Source of the DNA: Nitrospirota bacterium
GTDB lineage: Bacteria; Nitrospirota; Thermodesulfovibrionia; Thermodesulfovibrionales; Dissulfurispiraceae
Direction: 5' to 3'
Assembly (NCBI GenBank): GCA_963710375.1
Contig: CAVPZX010000004.1
Span: forward strand, 224,001-288,000
DNA length: 64,000 nucleotides
Both the position numbers and the translations under genes were made by a program. The notes under the pieces are model-generated. The model saw only the letters and a list, made by a program, of their open reading frames with translations, made no database searches and was not told the origin of the DNA. Shown here piece by piece: positions 60,806 through 64,000 of this stretch; within the stretch, counting starts at the first letter, position 1; the number at the start of each line of letters is the position of its first letter.

Positions 60806-62179
60806 ATGACCAGGGAAATCGTAATCAATTCGAGCTACTTTGTCGTAGCACTCTTGTTTATACTGGGGCTCAAGGGCATGTCGTCTCCCGTGACCGCCCG
60901 GCGGGGAATAATTTGGGCCGGCGCCGGAATGGTGCTCGCGACCTTGGTTACCTTTGCATGGCCCGCCATGAGCAATTATGCCCTGATGATAATTGCTCTG
61001 GTCCTTGGCGGCAGCATTTCATGGTGGTCGGGCAGGGTGGTCAAAATGACAGATATGCCTCAGATGGTTGCGCTCTTTAACGGCATGGGTGGAGGCTCAG
61101 CAGCAGCAATCGCGGCAATAGAACTCGCCCGGGGCGAAACACACAGCACGGGAGTTATGGTTCTTGCTACTCTGGGAGCCATGATCGGTTCGGCAGCCTT
61201 CTCCGGCAGCTGCATTGCTTTTGCCAAGCTGCAGGGCATCTTAAGGAAAACGGTGCGCCTGCCCGGACAAAATGCAGTGAATGTCACTCTTGCGGTGCTT
61301 ACGATTATTGCGGCTATCCATGTAATTGTTTCCGGTACTGCCGCAGGCATAGCTGTTTTTTTCAGTCTCGCTCTGTTGCTGGGCGTGATAATCACTATTC
61401 CCATCGGTGGGGCTGACATGCCCGTTGTGATTTCTCTCTTAAATGCCTTGACGGGTCTCGCAGTAGGCTTTGAAGGTCACGTGCTGAACAACCCGGCTAT
61501 GATGATTGCCGGCATTGTGGTTGGCGCCGCAGGCTCGCTCCTTACACACCTCATGGCCAAGGCTATGAACCGGTCGATCTTCAATGTGTTTTTTAAGCCA
61601 ATTACAGGCGGGGTACAAGTGGGGGGCGCAGGGATAACCGGGACAATGAAAGAACTCTCCGCATTGGATGCAGCGGCCATGCTGCGCTATGCACGGAAAG
61701 TGATAATCGTCCCCGGTTACGGCATGGCTGTGGGACAGGCTCAGCACAAGATCAAGGAAATGACCGACCTGCTGGAAGAGGCGGGAGTCGAAGTAAAATT
61801 CGCTATCCATCCAGTCGCGGGGCGCATGCCCGGGCACATGAATGTGCTTCTGGCTGAAGCAAACGTCCCTTATGAAAAGATCTTTGACCTGGAGGAGATC
61901 AATGAGGAGTTTTCACAAACTGATGTGGCTGTCGTAATCGGGGCCAATGATGTTGTGAATCCTGCGGCGCGTACAGAAAGTTCCAGTCCGATTTACGGCA
62001 TGCCGATCCTGAACGCCGACCATGCGCGGAATGTAATAGTGATCAAGCGCGGCAAGGGCGCAGGCTATTCCGGGATCGAGAACCCGCTCTTCTATGGCGA
62101 AAATACGCGCATGCTCTACGGCAACGCTCAGGCGGTAGTAAGCGAGCTCATAAAAGATTTAAAGGAACTAATATCCTGA
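60806..62179 (+). CDS. pntB: NAD(P) transhydrogenase beta subunit
   Basis: IGGADMPVVISLLN, HPVAGRMPGHMNVLLAEA, GANDVVNP. Confidence 0.96.
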   Translation: MTREIVINSSYFVVALLFILGLKGMSSPVTARRGIIWAGAGMVLATLVTFAWPAMSNYALMIIALVLGGSISWWSGRVVKMTDMPQMVALFNGMGGGSAAAIAAIELARGETHSTGVMVLATLGAMIGSAAFSGSCIAFAKLQGILRKTVRLPGQNAVNVTLAVLTIIAAIHVIVSGTAAGIAVFFSLALLLGVIITIPIGGADMPVVISLLNALTGLAVGFEGHVLNNPAMMIAGIVVGAAGSLLTHLMAKAMNRSIFNVFFKPITGGVQVGGAGITGTMKELSALDAAAMLRYARKVIIVPGYGMAVGQAQHKIKEMTDLLEEAGVEVKFAIHPVAGRMPGHMNVLLAEANVPYEKIFDLEEINEEFSQTDVAVVIGANDVVNPAARTESSSPIYGMPILNADHARNVIVIKRGKGAGYSGIENPLFYGENTRMLYGNAQAVVSELIKDLKELIS

Positions 62180-62184
62180 CAGTA

Positions 62185-62240
62185 TTGACAACCTCCACAC
62201 CGCTGCTATAAAGTAACAGATGTAAGTAAGCGCTTACATC
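62185..62240 (+). promoter_or_regulatory. Promoter and putative TetR operator
   Basis: TTGACA-16-TATAAA; GATGTAAG-6nt-CTTACATC palindrome at 62219-62240. Confidence 0.6.
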
Positions 62241-62307
62241 AGAATTTGCAGCAACCACTGCTGACCCGGACGTCATAGACTCTTTGGGTGTAAAGGAAGA
62301 TCAGAGT

Positions 62308-62907
62308 ATGCACCAGGCGGAAGAACTGCACCCGACTAGGGACAAAATACTTGAAACTGCTTTAAGACTCTTTTCCAACGAAGGCTATCTCGGCGCGACT
62401 ACACGAAGGATTGCCGGAGAGGCCGGCGTTGCCGAGGTTACGCTTTTCAGATATTTCCCTTCGAAAGAAAAACTTTTTGAGGAAACTTTAAAAACATATT
62501 CATTTCTGCCCGAACTGCGGGGGCTTTTGCCTGAAATCATGGGAATGCCGTATGAGAGCGCTTTGGCAGTGATCGCAAAGAGATTCTTTGAAGCTCTTAT
62601 GCGCCGTAAGGATATCATCAAGATTGTTCATGCGGAGTTGCATCGTTATCCTGAAAAAATACACAAGATCCAACATTCATTCAGCGATGAAGTACACAAA
62701 GTACTCGCGTTGTATTTTTCGGAGATGCAGAAAAAAGGTGTGCTGAGGGAATTCGATGCCGAGTATGCTGCCAGGGCTTTTTTCGGCATGTTCTACTCCT
62801 ATTTTCATGCAGAGGAGTTCCTGATGCGCAAGAGATACAGGTCATTCGGACTCGATGCTACGATCTCCGCGTATGTAGATATCTTTGCAAGGGGGACGGT
62901 GAAATGA
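62308..62907 (+). CDS. TetR family transcriptional regulator
   Basis: ILETALRLF...ATTRRIA.EAGV.EVTLFRYF.SKE. Confidence 0.93.
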   Translation: MHQAEELHPTRDKILETALRLFSNEGYLGATTRRIAGEAGVAEVTLFRYFPSKEKLFEETLKTYSFLPELRGLLPEIMGMPYESALAVIAKRFFEALMRRKDIIKIVHAELHRYPEKIHKIQHSFSDEVHKVLALYFSEMQKKGVLREFDAEYAARAFFGMFYSYFHAEEFLMRKRYRSFGLDATISAYVDIFARGTVK

Positions 62908-64000
62908 GTCAGGGCCCGCGAGGAAGCATAGCATACGGCACATTTTTGTTGATTTTTTACCTCTGCGGAATTCTGCTGCCGGTCCTTTGCCATGCAGAAG
63001 CCCCTGGCGGACCAGAAGGCCATCAGGCAGTAATGACACTGAGTCAGGGTCTCAAACTCGCTGCGGAAAACAGCCGGCTTGTAAAGATAGCCTTGCGCGG
63101 CAGGGATGTTTCATCGGCAGATGTTTCTATTGCGTTTTCGCGGTATCTGCCCAGCATCAATGCCACAATGGGCCAGACATTCCTTGCACACCAGGTCATC
63201 GGCATCTTGGACGGCCTGACAGCGCCTGAGGCGGATAGGAATTACCGGTCTTATGGTGTTGGCGTGCATGAGGATTTGTATGATTTTGGTGCGCGGTCAT
63301 CACGATACAAGGCTGCCTCTACTGCTCTTGATATGGCGAAGCTGAACATAGACAAAGTAAAGAACATCGTGGCCCTTGATTTTATTATTGCCTACTTTGA
63401 TCTCCTTGAGACTGAAAAGATGGAACTGGTCGGGGAGCGGGAGGTTGAGCGGCTGGTATCGCACCTGTCAATGGCACAGAACCTTTACAAGGAAGGAGTC
63501 ATTACGAGGAACGATCTCCTGCAGGCAGAGGTCCGGCTTTCAGATGCTCAGCAGCGCCTTCTGACTACAACAAACATGAGGGAGGTCAATGCCTCCAGGA
63601 TCAATAATATTTTGTCTTTGCCTCTGAAGAATCCTGTAAAGGTAGCGGATGTGGCCGGTGAACCCCGATACGAGGCCGACATTGATAAGGCATGGAGCAT
63701 TGCTGAAAAACAACGCATTGAGCTGAAAACCATTGATAGCGAACTAAAGATCAACAATCTGGAAAGGACCGCCAGGTGGTCTGAATACTTTCCTAAATTT
63801 TTTGCCGAGGGCGGATACAACTACACTGAAAACCACTATTTGGTGCATGACGACAATTGGACGTTCATGCTGGGTCTGAATTTCAATATTTTTGATGGAG
63901 GAAGCACAAAGGCCGAGGTTGCGAAAATAGATTACCAAAGGGAGCAGCTTTTAGAGCAGCGCCAGAAGCTTGTCGACGATATAAAACTTGATGTTGAAAA
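62904..64000 (+). CDS. TolC family outer membrane efflux protein (partial, runs off right edge)
   Basis: ATGA overlap with TetR; signal peptide, RYLPSI, LYDFG, AYFDLL, EYFPKF, NIFDGG repeats. Confidence 0.85.
   Translation, partial: MSQGPRGSIAYGTFLLIFYLCGILLPVLCHAEAPGGPEGHQAVMTLSQGLKLAAENSRLVKIALRGRDVSSADVSIAFSRYLPSINATMGQTFLAHQVIGILDGLTAPEADRNYRSYGVGVHEDLYDFGARSSRYKAASTALDMAKLNIDKVKNIVALDFIIAYFDLLETEKMELVGEREVERLVSHLSMAQNLYKEGVITRNDLLQAEVRLSDAQQRLLTTTNMREVNASRINNILSLPLKNPVKVADVAGEPRYEADIDKAWSIAEKQRIELKTIDSELKINNLERTARWSEYFPKFFAEGGYNYTENHYLVHDDNWTFMLGLNFNIFDGGSTKAEVAKIDYQREQLLEQRQKLVDDIKLDVE

Overview
Mid-GC bacterial chromosome segment. Protein style and gene order suggest Nitrospirota/Thermodesulfovibrionia or a deltaproteobacterium-like anaerobe (inference). 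1-19.6 kb is a fused str-S10-spc-alpha ribosomal superoperon with no rpmD or adk, and several of its intergenic spacers carry inverted tandem 6/7-mer hairpins or a REP-like element. Next come SemiSWEET, a four-subunit group 3b-type [NiFe] hydrogenase, tig-clpP-clpX, infB-rbfA-DHH, mutL, a frameshifted CHASE kinase with a NarL-type regulator, murA/rel and a csp locus. An oxidative-stress cluster (CcpA, DUF488, OsmC-like, MsrA, flavin disulfide reductase) sits beside tRNA-Sec, which carries a toxin-antitoxin islet at its 3' end. The window ends with a B12 radical SAM + type III PKS pair, pntAa/Ab/B and a TetR-TolC efflux operon. Best leads: (1) two hidden UGA-readthrough selenoprotein candidates whose SECIS-like hairpins share an AGGGU motif, one a 44-aa membrane peptide translationally coupled to rplQ; (2) cargo-less inverted tandem-repeat hairpins inside translation operons; (3) several small non-autonomous repeats/MITEs, one nested in another; (4) the B12-rSAM/type III PKS pair. 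All calls were made by eye, without database searches.
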